Under the pieces are notes generated by a model. It saw nothing but the letters and a program-made list of their open reading frames with translations, was not told the origin of the DNA and did no database searches. Source: Prochlorococcus sp. AG-347-K22 (GTDB taxonomy: Bacteria > Cyanobacteriota > Cyanobacteriia > PCC-6307 > Cyanobiaceae). From it: DNA of 64,000 bases. The number at the start of each line of letters is the position of its first letter. Position 1 is the first letter of the stretch. Location: the NCBI GenBank assembly GCA_003281285.1, contig QCCJ01000003.1, forward strand, positions 3,130 to 67,129, written 5' to 3'. This document shows positions 11,833-23,928 of this stretch, one piece after another. A program made the position numbers and the translations under genes.

Positions 11833-11840
11833 AAAAATGT

Positions 11841-12932
11841 TTATATTTTAATTTTTTGTTTTTCAAAATTTGCGATAACCTCTAGTATGTCTCGTTTATG
11901 AATTTCAAAAGGCAAAAAGTGAATCTCAGATTTATCTCGACAAGTAAAATCAGCAATTTTCTCTAAATTATTATTTTCAAAAACATTTATTCCAAGTTGT
12001 CCGATAGTAGTTGGCAAATTCAATTCTTTCATAAGTACCAACAGTTGCTTAATTGATTGGTCAGCTAATTTATTATTATTTTTCATTTCTTCTAATCTTA
12101 ATTGCAATAATAATCCAACCCCAACAATCTCACCATGTAAGAATTTATTTGGGGTAATTATCTGAGTAATTGCGTTATGAATGGCATGTGCTGCAGCAGT
12201 CCTACACTTTTCTCCTCCAATTCCTCCAACTAATCCTGCTGTAAGTCCACAAGCCTCTATAGTATTTCGCCAAGAAGGATTATTTTCAAATCCACCCTTA
12301 AATGCTTTTTCCCCATCTATTAGTAGTTGATCCCTTAAAACTCTTGATATCTGAATAGCTTGTTGAACAAGACCATCATCAATAGTTGAACTTGTTATTG
12401 AAGATTCGTACCATTTTGCCAAGGCATCTGCTATGCCACTTGCAAGTGTTCTTGATGGAGCTGTTTGAATAAATTTATGATCATATACTAGTATTTTCGG
12501 GCAAGATCTTAATGCGACATCCTTTATGAATTGACCATCCTTTGTATATACATTTGATAAGGCAGTCCAACCTGCACACGTAGAAGCGCTAAGGGGTACT
12601 GTAATACAAGGGATGTTAAGAGACTCGGCTATATATTTTCCAGAATCTAGAACTTTACCGCCTCCAGCTGCAATAATGGAATCATTATTATTATCTGAAA
12701 TGATATTTTTAACTCTTGAAATATCTTCGTAACAACAATCAAATTGTAAATCAGCAGAATTAGCATTTAGGGTTTGATTTTTTAAGTCAATAGAAATATT
12801 ATTTCTCAGATTTTTCGTATGAATACCTCTACCTAGAATTAATGGACTTTTAGTTAATTTAGTAATTTGAGGTAAAGATTCTTCCCAAGCATAATTCCCC
12901 CTATATATCGTTTCTGGAGATATTGATTGCAT
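11841..12932 (-). CDS. gldA: glycerol dehydrogenase-like iron-containing alcohol dehydrogenase
   Basis: AAGGGKVLDSGK, GIADALAKWYE, AHAIHN, LHGEIV. Confidence 0.85.
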   Translation of the reverse strand: MQSISPETIYRGNYAWEESLPQITKLTKSPLILGRGIHTKNLRNNISIDLKNQTLNANSADLQFDCCYEDISRVKNIISDNNNDSIIAAGGGKVLDSGKYIAESLNIPCITVPLSASTCAGWTALSNVYTKDGQFIKDVALRSCPKILVYDHKFIQTAPSRTLASGIADALAKWYESSITSSTIDDGLVQQAIQISRVLRDQLLIDGEKAFKGGFENNPSWRNTIEACGLTAGLVGGIGGEKCRTAAAHAIHNAITQIITPNKFLHGEIVGVGLLLQLRLEEMKNNNKLADQSIKQLLVLMKELNLPTTIGQLGINVFENNNLEKIADFTCRDKSEIHFLPFEIHKRDILEVIANFEKQKIKI

Positions 12933-12947
12933 TTTAAATTTTAATAA

Positions 12948-15473
12948 TTAGAAGTTAGCACCTGCTAGCTCTTGAGAAGATTCTTCGGAAGAAATAATTA
13001 TTGTAACTTTTTTATTATCATCTATATCAACTAAAGCATTATCTCCATCTTTTATTCTCCCAGAGAGAACTTCTTCAGCCAAACTATCTTCTAGTAAACG
13101 CATAACTGCCCTTCTCAATGGTCTTGCTCCGTATGAAGGATTATAACCTTCTTCAACAAGTCTTTCTTTAAAAGCATCGGTAACGCTCAGTTTAATGCCT
13201 TTTTCATCTAATCTTGCAAAAACTTCTTGCAACATTATTTCGGCAATCTCTTTCACCTCGTTTTTAGTTAGTTGTCTGAATACAATTATTTCATCAAGTC
13301 TATTTAAAAATTCAGGCCTAAAGTATTGCTTAAGTTCTTCATTAACTAAAGATTTAATTCTATTGTATTGGCTATCTTCAACAGAATCTCCTGAGAATTC
13401 AAATCCTAATCCTCCTCCACCTTTCTCGATAACTTTAGAACCGATATTAGAGGTCATTATTAACAATGTATTTTTAAAATCAACAGTTCTGCCTTTGGAG
13501 TCAGTTAATCTTCCGTCTTCAAGTAGTTGCAATAATAAATTGAATACATCTGGATGCGCCTTTTCAACTTCATCAAATAAAACAACAGTATATGGACGCC
13601 TTCTGACGGCTTCAGTTAGCTGACCACCTTCATTAAAACCAACATAACCAGGAGGCGAGCCTATAAGTTTACTAACTGTATGTCTTTCCATAAATTCTGA
13701 CATATCTAATCTGATCATTGCTTCTTCACTACCGAAGAAATATGAAGCTAGTGATTTAGTTAATTCAGTTTTACCAACACCGGTAGGACCAGAAAAGATA
13801 AAACTTGCTATGGGTCTATTAGGATTTTTTAATCCAACTCTTGCTCTTCTAATGGCTCTTGAAACAGCCTTTACAGCTTCATCTTGTCCAATAAGCCTTT
13901 GGTGAAGTGTTTCCTCCATGTTGAGAAGCTTGACTGATTCAGTTTCTGTTAATTTTTGAACAGGAACACCTGTCCATGAAGCCACTATATGTGCTACATC
14001 CTCTTCACTAACAAGGGGACTTTGTAAAAGTTTTGAATCACTTTTTACAGAATTATCAGCATCAGGTTGATCTCCGGCTGTAGATTCTTTTTTATTGTCC
14101 AAAACCTCTTTAATTTTTGCAGACAATTCCATCTCCTTTTCTCGTAATTGGCCAGCTTGATCAAAATTTTGGTCTCTTACTGATTCTTCCTTCTGTTTTT
14201 GGACTTGTCTTAATTCTCTATCTATTTGTTTTGCTTCAGGCGGAAGTTTAGAATTTATTAAACGAACTCTACTACCAGCCTCGTCAATGAGGTCAATAGC
14301 CTTATCAGGTAAAAATCTGTCAGATATATAACGATCCCCTAAATGAGCGGCGGCCTCTAACGCATCATCAGTAATTTTTAGACGATGATGTTGTTCGTAA
14401 CGCTCTCTAAGACCTTTTAAGATTTCGATTGTATCTTCTATAGATGGCTCCCCTACCATTACAGGCTGGAATCTTCTTTCTAGAGCAGCATCTCTTTCAA
14501 TATGTTTTCTATATTCATCTAAAGTTGTTGCTCCAATACATTGAAGTTCTCCTCTGGCTAATGCTGGCTTGAGTATATTTGCTGCATCTATAGCACCTTC
14601 AGCGGCTCCAGCACCAATTAAAGTATGCACTTCATCTATGACAAGAATGACGTTACCAGCTGATTTAATTTCTTCCATTATTTTTTTTAATCTTTCTTCA
14701 AATTCACCTCTATATTTTGTTCCTGCTACCAAAAGACCTATATCAAGAGTCAAAACTCTTTTATCTTCAAGTATGTCTGGAATATCCCCGGTTTGTATTC
14801 TTTGAGCTAAACCTTCTGCAATAGCTGTTTTACCTACACCAGGCTCCCCAATAAGAACAGGATTATTTTTTGTCCTCCTACCTAGTATTTGAACTACACG
14901 ATCTATTTCTGAATGGCGTCCAACGACTGGATCTAATTTTGATTCACTTGCTAATTTTGTTAAATTTGTTCCAAATTCATCAAGAGTAGCAGTTTTTAAA
15001 TTGCCCTTAGTTGTACTGGAGCCTGTGCCAACTTCGGCTGTTTCACCTAACATCCTTATAACTTGAGTTCTAACTTTTGTAAGGTCAATATTAAGATTTT
15101 CAAGAACTCTTGCAGCTACACCTTCACCTTCTCTTATTAAACCTAACAATAAATGTTCTGTACCAATGTAATTGTGGCCAAGTTGACGAGCCTCTTCTAG
15201 AGATAGTTCTAAAACTCTTTTAGCCCTAGGAGTGAAAGGTATTTCTACAGCTACAAACCCTGAACCTCTACCTATTATCTTTTCAACCTCTATCCTTGAA
15301 TCTTTTAAATTAACCCCAAGTGATTTGAGAACTTTCGCTGCGACCCCAGTACCTTCTCCAATTAACCCCAAAAGAATTTGTTCAGTTCCAACAAAATTAT
15401 GACCAAGTCTTCTGGCTTCCTCTTGAGCAAGCATAATGACCTTTATAGCTTTTTCTGTAAATCTTTCAAACAT
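12948..15473 (-). CDS. clpC: ATP-dependent Clp protease ATP-binding subunit ClpC
   Basis: [25 protein letters not shown]; two Walker A motifs GEPGVGKT and GPTGVGKT. Confidence 0.98.
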   Translation of the reverse strand: MFERFTEKAIKVIMLAQEEARRLGHNFVGTEQILLGLIGEGTGVAAKVLKSLGVNLKDSRIEVEKIIGRGSGFVAVEIPFTPRAKRVLELSLEEARQLGHNYIGTEHLLLGLIREGEGVAARVLENLNIDLTKVRTQVIRMLGETAEVGTGSSTTKGNLKTATLDEFGTNLTKLASESKLDPVVGRHSEIDRVVQILGRRTKNNPVLIGEPGVGKTAIAEGLAQRIQTGDIPDILEDKRVLTLDIGLLVAGTKYRGEFEERLKKIMEEIKSAGNVILVIDEVHTLIGAGAAEGAIDAANILKPALARGELQCIGATTLDEYRKHIERDAALERRFQPVMVGEPSIEDTIEILKGLRERYEQHHRLKITDDALEAAAHLGDRYISDRFLPDKAIDLIDEAGSRVRLINSKLPPEAKQIDRELRQVQKQKEESVRDQNFDQAGQLREKEMELSAKIKEVLDNKKESTAGDQPDADNSVKSDSKLLQSPLVSEEDVAHIVASWTGVPVQKLTETESVKLLNMEETLHQRLIGQDEAVKAVSRAIRRARVGLKNPNRPIASFIFSGPTGVGKTELTKSLASYFFGSEEAMIRLDMSEFMERHTVSKLIGSPPGYVGFNEGGQLTEAVRRRPYTVVLFDEVEKAHPDVFNLLLQLLEDGRLTDSKGRTVDFKNTLLIMTSNIGSKVIEKGGGGLGFEFSGDSVEDSQYNRIKSLVNEELKQYFRPEFLNRLDEIIVFRQLTKNEVKEIAEIMLQEVFARLDEKGIKLSVTDAFKERLVEEGYNPSYGARPLRRAVMRLLEDSLAEEVLSGRIKDGDNALVDIDDNKKVTIIISSEESSQELAGANF

Positions 15474-15621
15474 TAGAAGATTAAATTCCTATTAATAACC
15501 TACCAGTAATATGTCAATTTTGTGTTCAGAATGAGCTTTTGTGAATACCCAAAAGTATAATTTATCAAATTAAATTGAACTTTTTTAGTGATATAGCAAG
15601 AAATTATAGTAATTTCAAGGA

Positions 15622-15637
15622 TTCTGGTTATCCGAAC
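15622..15637 (-). promoter_or_regulatory. K-box-like element upstream of clpC
   Basis: Minus strand GTTCGG-ATAA-CCAGAA versus the cyanobacterial K-box consensus GTTCGG-NNAN-CCNNAC as recalled (one mismatch). Confidence 0.45.
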
Positions 15638-15652
15638 ATTTTAATTTTTACA

Positions 15653-16093
15653 TTATTTTGTTGTTAATTTTTTTTCTTTTAAAAGTGCATTTGAACCATC
15701 TTTATAATAATTTTTTCTTATTCCTACAGTAGAAAAATCAAAGCGACTATAAAATCTTTCAGCAGTAACATTGCTCTGAGAAACCTCTAATAGTAATTTC
15801 TTTAAATTTAATTTTTCACATTTTTTTATTAAATGTCTCATAAGATAAGATCCAAATCCCTTTTTTCTAAATTTCTTATTTACAACAAAATAATTTATTT
15901 GAGCTTCATCAAGAACAACTTGAAAAACACATATACCAATGACTAAATTTTTAATTAATAACCCAAAGATTTTTGTACCATCTTTTTTGAATTCTTTAGA
16001 CCATTGTTCTTTACTCCATAGCGAAATCGTATTTGAATCTAATTCATAACATAAATCAATATCTTTCTTATTTAATTGTTTAATAGATATCAT
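15653..16093 (-). CDS. rimI: ribosomal-protein-alanine N-acetyltransferase
   Basis: GNAT RKKGFG motif, LLEVSQSN, GIRKNYYKDG. Confidence 0.85.
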   Translation of the reverse strand: MISIKQLNKKDIDLCYELDSNTISLWSKEQWSKEFKKDGTKIFGLLIKNLVIGICVFQVVLDEAQINYFVVNKKFRKKGFGSYLMRHLIKKCEKLNLKKLLLEVSQSNVTAERFYSRFDFSTVGIRKNYYKDGSNALLKEKKLTTK

Positions 16094-16180
16094 TTATTAT
16101 GTATTTATATCTTGAAAGTCCAAATCTAAAGTCATTATAAAATATGACAGTTTTGGCAAAGCTTTATTTAAAGTTCTCCC

Positions 16181-17554
16181 ATGAAAGAAAAAGAATCTTT
16201 TTTAAAACAAAAAATTGACTTGGAAAGTCCTAACAAAAATATTGTGCCTATTACCACATCCATTGAAGGAGACGGGAAATTGTCAGTTGGTGGATGTTCT
16301 ATTGAAGAACTAGTTAAAAAATATGATTCTCCTCTTTATATTTTAGATGAAATCACTTTAAGAAATTCATGTAGAGCTTACAAAAAAGCATTAGAAAAAT
16401 ATTACCCAGGAAAATCCTTGCCCATATATGCTTCTAAAGCAAATAGTTCCATTTTCATGAGTAATCTTGTTTCCTCGGAAGGTTTAGGACTTGATGCGGT
16501 TTCAGAAGGAGAACTATTAACTGCTATTAAAGGTGGGGTTCCAAATGAAAAAATTGTTTTTCATGGTAACAACAAATCAGACAAAGAATTAGAATTCGCA
16601 GTTAGAAATAACATTAAGGTTATTGTTGATAATGATTATGACTTAGAAAGATTAGATGAGATCTCAAATTCATTTAATCATGATTTAGAAATAATGATTC
16701 GCTTTACTCCTGGGATAGAATGCCATACACATGAATACATCAGAACTGGATCATTTGATAGCAAATTTGGTTTCGGAATAGAATATTTAAATATTCTATT
16801 TAAAAGAATCAGCAATAAAAAACACTTAAAATTAAATGGTTTACATGCTCATATTGGATCACAGATTTTTGAACTAGACCCTCATAAGGATCTGGGAGAA
16901 ATAATGGTGAAGGTTATCTTAGACGCCAAAAAGTTTGGTCATAATATTGAGGAACTAAATGTTGGCGGTGGATTAGGTATTAAGTATACAGAAAGTGATG
17001 ATCCACCTTCAATTGATGAATGGGTAAAAACAATTTCTTCTTCCGTTATTGAAGCTTGTAAAAAAAACAACTTAGATTTTCCCACATTAATGTGCGAACC
17101 TGGTAGATCTATTGTATCTACAGCAGGTATAACCATTTACAAAATTGGGGCTTTTAAAGAAATTCCCGGTATTAGAACATATTTATCTGTTGATGGTGGT
17201 ATGAGTGATAATCCAAGACCAATTACATATCAATCAAATTATTCTGCATGTTTAGTAAGTAATCCATTTAATATTAATTCCAAAAATAAATATACTATTG
17301 CTGGTAAGCACTGCGAATCGGGAGATGTATTGTTTAAAGAAATTGAACTAGCAGAATGTAAAACGGGAGATCTTATATGTGTTTTTGGTACTGGTGCATA
17401 TAATAATTCAATGAGTTCTAACTACAACAGAATTCCAAGACCTGCTGCTCTCTTAGTTAAAGATGGAGAGGCAGAAATTATTCAAAAAAGAGAAAGCCCA
17501 TTGGATCTTTTAAAATATGACGTATTACCTAATCGCTTTATCAAACAAAATTAG
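16181..17554 (+). CDS. lysA: diaminopimelate decarboxylase
   Basis: YASKAN, HAHIGSQI, EPGRS, CESGD, GAYNNSMSSNYN. Confidence 0.96.
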   Translation: MKEKESFLKQKIDLESPNKNIVPITTSIEGDGKLSVGGCSIEELVKKYDSPLYILDEITLRNSCRAYKKALEKYYPGKSLPIYASKANSSIFMSNLVSSEGLGLDAVSEGELLTAIKGGVPNEKIVFHGNNKSDKELEFAVRNNIKVIVDNDYDLERLDEISNSFNHDLEIMIRFTPGIECHTHEYIRTGSFDSKFGFGIEYLNILFKRISNKKHLKLNGLHAHIGSQIFELDPHKDLGEIMVKVILDAKKFGHNIEELNVGGGLGIKYTESDDPPSIDEWVKTISSSVIEACKKNNLDFPTLMCEPGRSIVSTAGITIYKIGAFKEIPGIRTYLSVDGGMSDNPRPITYQSNYSACLVSNPFNINSKNKYTIAGKHCESGDVLFKEIELAECKTGDLICVFGTGAYNNSMSSNYNRIPRPAALLVKDGEAEIIQKRESPLDLLKYDVLPNRFIKQN

Positions 17555-17582
17555 GTACATTTAAATTAATTTTCTATTTAAT

Positions 17583-18491
17583 GTGAATTTCTGGGGGATA
17601 ATAAATTTAAAACTTTTATTAGATGTCTTATTTGCTATTGGTTTCGGACTTTTATTATTCTCTAGAGTAAAAGAACAACGGACATTATGGCTTCTAAGAG
17701 GATATTTGTTTTTAGTATCATCCGCATGGTTTATTCAAAGATATGCTTACCTCCCTCTAACATCAAAATTAATTGATGCTGTAGTCCTCGCTTGCTCTCT
17801 CTCATTAGCGATCCTTTGGCAAGGAGAGTTAAGAAGATTAATGGAACTACTAGGCACTGGGAGGCTAGCTGTATTACTTGGGAATCCACCAAAGGAATTT
17901 AGAGCAACTTCAACTACCATTACTCAGTTAGTTGATACTGCAGGTAAACTCTCTCAAAATAGAAGAGGGGCTTTAATCGTTGTAGATTTGGGGAGTGATT
18001 TAAGACCTGAAGATTTTTTATATTCAGGCACCAATATTGAGGCACAATTATCAACTGACCTTTTAATAAATCTTTTTGCAACAGATACGCCTTTACATGA
18101 TGGAGCAGTTCTTGTTAAAGGTAACAAAATAATTTCTGCTGGCGTAATACTTCCTCTCTCGAGACAAGGAATAAGTAGATATGGGACTAGACATTTAGCT
18201 GCATTAGGAATTACAGAAAGATTCGACAGGTGTATTTGTATCGTTGTCTCTGAAGAGACAGGTACTTTATCATTAGCTAACCAAGGGAAACTTGAAAGAC
18301 CAATTACCAGCAGTAGGTTACAGGAACTCCTCGTGAATTTGATTGGGAATCAAAACTCTACAGGAGCAAATAAAGCATCTTTAAGCAAAAATATCTTATC
18401 CCAAAAGACAGACTCTGGTGATAATATCATCAGTAATATAAATAAAAAAGAATCAGAAAAATCAGAAGTTTTTATTAACAATAAGGATTAA
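17583..18491 (+). CDS. cdaA: diadenylate cyclase
   Basis: Three N-terminal TM segments, TPLHDGA, GTRHLAA, VSEETG. Confidence 0.93.
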   Translation: MNFWGIINLKLLLDVLFAIGFGLLLFSRVKEQRTLWLLRGYLFLVSSAWFIQRYAYLPLTSKLIDAVVLACSLSLAILWQGELRRLMELLGTGRLAVLLGNPPKEFRATSTTITQLVDTAGKLSQNRRGALIVVDLGSDLRPEDFLYSGTNIEAQLSTDLLINLFATDTPLHDGAVLVKGNKIISAGVILPLSRQGISRYGTRHLAALGITERFDRCICIVVSEETGTLSLANQGKLERPITSSRLQELLVNLIGNQNSTGANKASLSKNILSQKTDSGDNIISNINKKESEKSEVFINNKD

Positions 18492-18495
18492 CTAA

Positions 18496-19299
18496 ATGAA
18501 TTTAGAAAAAGTAGTAGACGATAAAATTAATGATTTATTGATAAAAATAGATAAGCAAAAATTGCCCAAACATATAGCAATAATTATGGACGGCAATGGG
18601 AGATGGGCGACACAAAAAGGGTTGTCTAGATCATTTGGACATAAACAGGGCGTTAGTGTATTAAAAAAAATTCTCAAAGTTGCAAAAAATTTAGGTTGTA
18701 AAGTAATTACTGTTTATGCTTTTTCAACTGAGAATTGGTCAAGACCAAAAAAAGAAGTTGATTTTCTTATCAATCTTTTTAGCGAAGTTTTAAGAAACGA
18801 AATTAAAGAGATAAATGAAGAATCAACAAAAATAAAATTTATTGGAGATTTAACTCCTTTCCCAAAAAATTTAAGAGAAATAATCTCTAGTTCAGAATCA
18901 CTTACTAAAAACAACAATAAATTTTTATTCAATGTTTGTGTTAATTACGGAGGTAGACAAGAAATAGTAAAAGTTGCAAAAGAACTAGCATTAAAATCTT
19001 CTGCTGGGGAAATAAAACCAAGTGAAATTAATGAAGAATTATTTAATTCAGAGCTATTAACTGGAGGGATTAATGATCCAGAGTTACTAATAAGAACTAG
19101 TGGAGAAAAAAGGATAAGTAATTTTTTATTATGGCAAATAGCATATTCAGAAATTTATATATCTGACGTACTTTGGCCAGAGTTCAATGAACATGAATTC
19201 CTTAAAGCAATAATTGATTACCAATCAAGAAATAGACGTTTCGGCGGTATAGAATCATTACCAAATGGATCTTTTGAAGATCCTCAATATTCTTCCTAA
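18496..19299 (+). CDS. uppS: undecaprenyl diphosphate synthase (isoprenyl transferase)
   Basis: [37 protein letters not shown]. Confidence 0.96.
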   Translation: MNLEKVVDDKINDLLIKIDKQKLPKHIAIIMDGNGRWATQKGLSRSFGHKQGVSVLKKILKVAKNLGCKVITVYAFSTENWSRPKKEVDFLINLFSEVLRNEIKEINEESTKIKFIGDLTPFPKNLREIISSSESLTKNNNKFLFNVCVNYGGRQEIVKVAKELALKSSAGEIKPSEINEELFNSELLTGGINDPELLIRTSGEKRISNFLLWQIAYSEIYISDVLWPEFNEHEFLKAIIDYQSRNRRFGGIESLPNGSFEDPQYSS

Positions 19300-19304
19300 T
19301 AAAA

Positions 19305-20312
19305 ATGGCTAATTCGAATAATCAGTTATTAAAAGAAATTAGGTTCGATTGGAATAAAGAGGAGATATTGGAAATACTTAATATGCCTCTTATTGATTTA
19401 ATGTGGGAATCACAAACTGTTCACAGGAAATTTAACAAATACGACATTCAATTAGCATCATTGTTCAGCGTAAAAACTGGTGGATGTGAGGAAAACTGCT
19501 CGTACTGTAGCCAATCAATTTATAGTGCTAGCGAAATCAATAGTCATCCACAATTTCAAGTTGAAGAGGTTTTAGAAAGAGCTCAAATAGCAAAAAATGA
19601 GGGTGCAGATAGGTTTTGTATGGGTTGGGCGTGGAGAGAAATTAGAGATGGGAAATCCTTTAATGCAATGTTAGAGATGGTTAGCGGTGTAAGAGATTTA
19701 GGGATGGAAGCATGCGTTACTGCTGGAATGCTTACAGAAAAACAAGCTTCCAGACTGGCTGATGCAGGTTTGACCGCGTATAACCACAATCTTGATACTA
19801 GTCCTGAGCATTATAAAAATATTATTACGACTAGAACTTATCAAGACAGACTAGATACTATCAAAAGAGTAAGGAATGCAGGAATAAATGTTTGTTGTGG
19901 AGGGATAATAGGTTTGGGTGAAACTAATGGCGATAGAGCATCTCTTTTGGAAGTGCTTTCAAACATGAATCCACACCCTGAAAGTGTCCCTATAAATTCA
20001 TTAGTAGCTATTGAAGGTACTGGTTTAGAAAATAATCAAGATATTGACTCTATTGAAATGATAAGGATGATTGCTACCGCAAGAATTCTTATGCCTAAAA
20101 GTAAAATAAGATTAAGTGCAGGGCGAGAAAAGCTTTCAAAAGAAGCCCAAATTATATGTTTTCAATGTGGGGCAAATTCAATTTTTTATGGAGATGAGTT
20201 ACTAACAACTTCAAATCCATCTTTTCAATCAGACAGAAAACTTCTTAAAGAGGTAGGAGTATCATTTAACAAAGATTTTGAAACTCGTGAAAAAACATTA
20301 TCTTCTTTATGA
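19305..20312 (+). CDS. bioB: biotin synthase
   Basis: Radical [26 protein letters not shown]. Confidence 0.96.
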   Translation: MANSNNQLLKEIRFDWNKEEILEILNMPLIDLMWESQTVHRKFNKYDIQLASLFSVKTGGCEENCSYCSQSIYSASEINSHPQFQVEEVLERAQIAKNEGADRFCMGWAWREIRDGKSFNAMLEMVSGVRDLGMEACVTAGMLTEKQASRLADAGLTAYNHNLDTSPEHYKNIITTRTYQDRLDTIKRVRNAGINVCCGGIIGLGETNGDRASLLEVLSNMNPHPESVPINSLVAIEGTGLENNQDIDSIEMIRMIATARILMPKSKIRLSAGREKLSKEAQIICFQCGANSIFYGDELLTTSNPSFQSDRKLLKEVGVSFNKDFETREKTLSSL

Positions 20313-21241
20313 AAGGCAAAAATTATAAAATAGTTTCTCTTTATTCTTTCTTCATTTTTCAAGAAAACTTGATTCTTGATCTAAAAAACAAATTATTAGA
20401 AATCGAAAATGAAAACGATCTTTCAGGTTTATTAATTTTTGCAAGTGAGGGAATCAATGGAACTATTTGTGCTAAGAAAAATGTAATTGATATTGTTATC
20501 AATTTAATTAATAAATATACAGATAATAGAAATTTGAATATTAAAGTAAATTTTTCAAAAAACAAAGTCTTCAAAAAATTAAAAATAAAAATCAAGAAAG
20601 AAATAGTTACTATGGGTGTCCCTCAAATAAATCCTTCAGAAAATAATGGGACCTATATTGATTCAGCTGATTGGAACAAGTTAATTAAAAATCAAAATAC
20701 AATTGTCATTGATACTAGAAATCATTATGAGGTTTCTATAGGTACATTTCAGAACTCTATAAACCCAAATACAAGAAATTTTAGCGAATTCCCCAAGTGG
20801 GTAGATGATCATTTAAATACCCATCTAGAGAATAAAGAGTCTACAAATATTGCAATGTTTTGTACCGGAGGAATAAGATGTGAAAAAGCTACTAGTTTTC
20901 TGAAAAAGAAAGGTTATAAAAATATTTATCACCTAAAAGGGGGGATCCTTCAATACCTTGAAGATATACCAAAAGAAAAAAACTTATTTGAAGGTGAATG
21001 TTATGTTTTTGATAAAAGAGTTGCTTTAGATCAAGAATTAGAAAAAGGCTCTTACTCGATTTGTCATGCATGTGGAATGCCAATTTCAATTCAAGATCAA
21101 GAAAGAAAAGAATATATAAAGGGTATCCAATGTCATTTCTGTGTAGACCAATTCAGTAATAATGATAGGAAAAGGTTTGCAGAAAGACAAAAACAAATAG
21201 ATAGATTAAAAGTGGAAAATCATAAAATCTATAAGAACTAA
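20309..21241 (+). CDS. trhO: rhodanese-domain protein (TrhO/YceA family, tRNA hydroxylation)
   Basis: [30 protein letters not shown]. Confidence 0.85.
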   Translation: MKGKNYKIVSLYSFFIFQENLILDLKNKLLEIENENDLSGLLIFASEGINGTICAKKNVIDIVINLINKYTDNRNLNIKVNFSKNKVFKKLKIKIKKEIVTMGVPQINPSENNGTYIDSADWNKLIKNQNTIVIDTRNHYEVSIGTFQNSINPNTRNFSEFPKWVDDHLNTHLENKESTNIAMFCTGGIRCEKATSFLKKKGYKNIYHLKGGILQYLEDIPKEKNLFEGECYVFDKRVALDQELEKGSYSICHACGMPISIQDQERKEYIKGIQCHFCVDQFSNNDRKRFAERQKQIDRLKVENHKIYKN

Positions 21242-21252
21242 TTTTCAAAATC

Positions 21253-21753
21253 ATGAAAGTTGAAGAATTAGAAAAATTAGCTGGCACCATTGGATTATTA
21301 ATTAAAATTCAAGTTAGAGAAACCCTTGGATTATGTTTCTTTAGAATCGTTATAGCAGAACAGAAAGATAACATAATTAAGATTTGGGCCGAAATGAAAG
21401 GTTGGACTTATTTAAATAAACAAGGTATTCAGCTTGATACATTAAGAATCCTTAGTAAAGGTCCTGCTTTTGTTTCGGAATTAATATGGGCAACAACTAT
21501 GGCTTGGGCAATTGAAAAAAAATCAAGCAACAAAGTAAGACTTTTAGCTATTTTTGATAGTGAAGGATATAGTAAAAAACTTGTAAGATATTTCAAGTTG
21601 CTCGGATTCAAAATTGTAAAAGAAGTTGGTTCTAGCCCAGTTGATCTTTTATTAAGATTGGTGTGGGGAGGTGCAGGTACACTTATGAACGGGAAATGTA
21701 TTTACATATTGAAAAAACTTGAAAAGAAACTTTCTTTAATTGAAGAAAGTTAA
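21253..21753 (+). CDS. conserved cyanobacterial hypothetical protein (GNAT-like)
   Basis: 166-aa ORF; QLDTLR, LVRYFKLLGF, RLVWGGAGTLM. Confidence 0.7.
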   Translation: MKVEELEKLAGTIGLLIKIQVRETLGLCFFRIVIAEQKDNIIKIWAEMKGWTYLNKQGIQLDTLRILSKGPAFVSELIWATTMAWAIEKKSSNKVRLLAIFDSEGYSKKLVRYFKLLGFKIVKEVGSSPVDLLLRLVWGGAGTLMNGKCIYILKKLEKKLSLIEES

Positions 21754-22649
21754 CCAGCATGATAACTGCTTCTAACTAGAGGGCCAGAAGATACTTTTTT
21801 GAATCCTAATTCCTTAGAGAAGCGATATAGATATTCAAACTCTGATGGATCCCAATATTTCTTAACTACCAAATGATTTAATGAGGGCCTTAAATATTGG
21901 CCAATTGTAATTTGATCACAATCTATTTTTTTAAGATCATAAATTGTATTTTTTATTTCATCCAATGTTTCCCCAAGACCTAACATGATTCCTGATTTAG
22001 TTTGAATATGAGGAGCAATATCTTTTGACTTTTTTAGTAACCTAAGGGATTTTTTGTAATTTGCACCCCTCCTAACTTCTTTTTGCAGTCTTTCAACAGT
22101 TTCAAGATTATGATTAAAGCATATTGGATCTTTTTCTAAAATCATCTTCAATCTCTTAGTCTGAAGATTATTAGTTTCATCAAAATTTTTGCCCCCACCC
22201 CATAAATCAGGAGTTAAAACCTCTATTTTAATTGTTGAATCAATTTTTCTAATCTCATCAATTGTAGATATAAATAAACTTGCACCATGATCAGGGAGAT
22301 CGTCTCTAGCTACAGATGTCAAAACTACATATTTCAAATTTAGTACTTTGACTGCTTCAGCGACTTGAGTACATTCATCAATATTGATAGAACTAGGTCT
22401 ACCTTTACTTACCTGACAAAAAGCACATGAACGAGAACATATCGATCCACCCAGTAAGAAAGTGGCTGTTCCTGAGGCGTAACATTCTGCTCTATTTGGA
22501 CATCTTGCCTCTTCACAAATAGTATGAATATTTGATTTTTTGATGAGTGTTTGTATTTTTTCGAATTCTGAAGCTTTACTAATAGGAAATTTAATCCAGG
22601 AGGGAAGTCTTAAGATTTTTTCTTTCTTGATTAGATTATTTTCTCTCAT
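21750..22649 (-). CDS. lipA: lipoyl synthase
   Basis: CEEARCPNRAEC and CSRSCAFC motifs, RSSYHA. Confidence 0.96.
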   Translation of the reverse strand: MRENNLIKKEKILRLPSWIKFPISKASEFEKIQTLIKKSNIHTICEEARCPNRAECYASGTATFLLGGSICSRSCAFCQVSKGRPSSINIDECTQVAEAVKVLNLKYVVLTSVARDDLPDHGASLFISTIDEIRKIDSTIKIEVLTPDLWGGGKNFDETNNLQTKRLKMILEKDPICFNHNLETVERLQKEVRRGANYKKSLRLLKKSKDIAPHIQTKSGIMLGLGETLDEIKNTIYDLKKIDCDQITIGQYLRPSLNHLVVKKYWDPSEFEYLYRFSKELGFKKVSSGPLVRSSYHAG

Positions 22650-22652
22650 TGT

Positions 22653-23252
22653 CTAATTTAGTTTTGTTCTTCCTTCTAACGCCCTTGCAAGTGTAACTTC
22701 ATCCACATATTCAAGTTCACTGCCCATTGGGAGGCCATATGCAATCCTCGTAACTTTAGTAAAAGGGGCTAACAATTTTCCAATATAAAGACTTGTTGTA
22801 TCTCCCTCAACACTAGGGGTCAATGCCAATATGATCTCATCAATTTCAGACTTACTAACTCTTTCTACTAAGCTTCTTATTTCTAAGAGTTCGGGGCCAA
22901 CAGAATCCATTGGAGATATTAAACCACCAATAACATGGTAAACGCCTTTAAATTCTCTAGCTCGCTCCAAAGCAAGCAAATCTTTAGTTTCTGCTACTAC
23001 ACAGATTAGTTTTTGATTTCTTTCAGTATTTTTACAAATTTCACATTCATCTTCTGAAGTCAAATTAAAACATTTTTTACAACGACCAACATTACTATGT
23101 GCTTCTAACAGAGCCTTTGAAAAATCTTTTATTGTACTTTCAGGTTGTTTCAAAATAAATAGGGCTAATCGTTGCGCTGTTCTTGGACCAATCCCTGGGA
23201 ATTTCTCAAAATGACCAATTAATTTTGAAAGCGGTTTGGTATAAGTAATCAA
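22653..23252 (-). CDS. recR: recombination mediator RecR
   Basis: [13 protein letters not shown]4 zinc finger, Toprim domain. Confidence 0.97.
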   Translation of the reverse strand: MITYTKPLSKLIGHFEKFPGIGPRTAQRLALFILKQPESTIKDFSKALLEAHSNVGRCKKCFNLTSEDECEICKNTERNQKLICVVAETKDLLALERAREFKGVYHVIGGLISPMDSVGPELLEIRSLVERVSKSEIDEIILALTPSVEGDTTSLYIGKLLAPFTKVTRIAYGLPMGSELEYVDEVTLARALEGRTKLN

Positions 23253-23355
23253 AATTAAACTATTTCTAGGAATAATTTAGACGCAAAATCCTGAATTGCC
23301 ATAATTGTTTGCTTTTAATGTCTTATTATGATTTAAGTTAGTAATTTCAAACAAA

Positions 23356-23913
23356 ATGAAAAATATTAAATTTAAACCTTTCAAATATTTATTTTTGATT
23401 TTTTTGTGTTTAACACTTAGTGCTTGTAGTGGCGGACTAAATGCAGGGTTAGAAGCTTATCAAAGTCCAGATGGAAGATATGCCTTTTTGTATCCAACAG
23501 GATGGACTAGAGTAAAAGTCGATGGAGGACCTGAAATTATTTATCATGATCTAATAAATAGTAATGAGACCTTAAGTTTAGTTATTTCTGATGTAAATAA
23601 AGAGGTAAAATTAGAACAATTAGGAAGCCCAAGTGAAGTAGGTAATACATTAATTGATAAAGTCATTGCTCCCGAAGGTTCAGGTCGAGAGGTAAAACTT
23701 ATTAATGCCAATAAGAGGGAAGCATCTAACCATATTTTCTATGATTTAGAGTATGAATTAAATTTAAATGAACAGGCCAGACACGAATTAGCTACTGTCG
23801 TAATTGATAGAGGAACGCTTTATACTTTTGCTGTGGGAACAAATGAAGAGAGATGGAATAAAGTTGACGGTATGTTTAGTAATGTAATTGAATCATTTAA
23901 CTTTTTAATATAG
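23356..23913 (+). CDS. psbP: photosystem II extrinsic lipoprotein PsbP (CyanoP)
   Basis: Lipobox LSAC, DGRYAFLYPTGW, LGSPSEVG. Confidence 0.9.
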   Translation: MKNIKFKPFKYLFLIFLCLTLSACSGGLNAGLEAYQSPDGRYAFLYPTGWTRVKVDGGPEIIYHDLINSNETLSLVISDVNKEVKLEQLGSPSEVGNTLIDKVIAPEGSGREVKLINANKREASNHIFYDLEYELNLNEQARHELATVVIDRGTLYTFAVGTNEERWNKVDGMFSNVIESFNFLI

Positions 23914-23928
23914 TTTAGAAATTCCATA

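Noticed and set aside
13195-14805. + strand ORFs inside clpC, and similar short antisense ORFs across the core region
   Set aside because: Shadows of well-supported genes on the opposite strand
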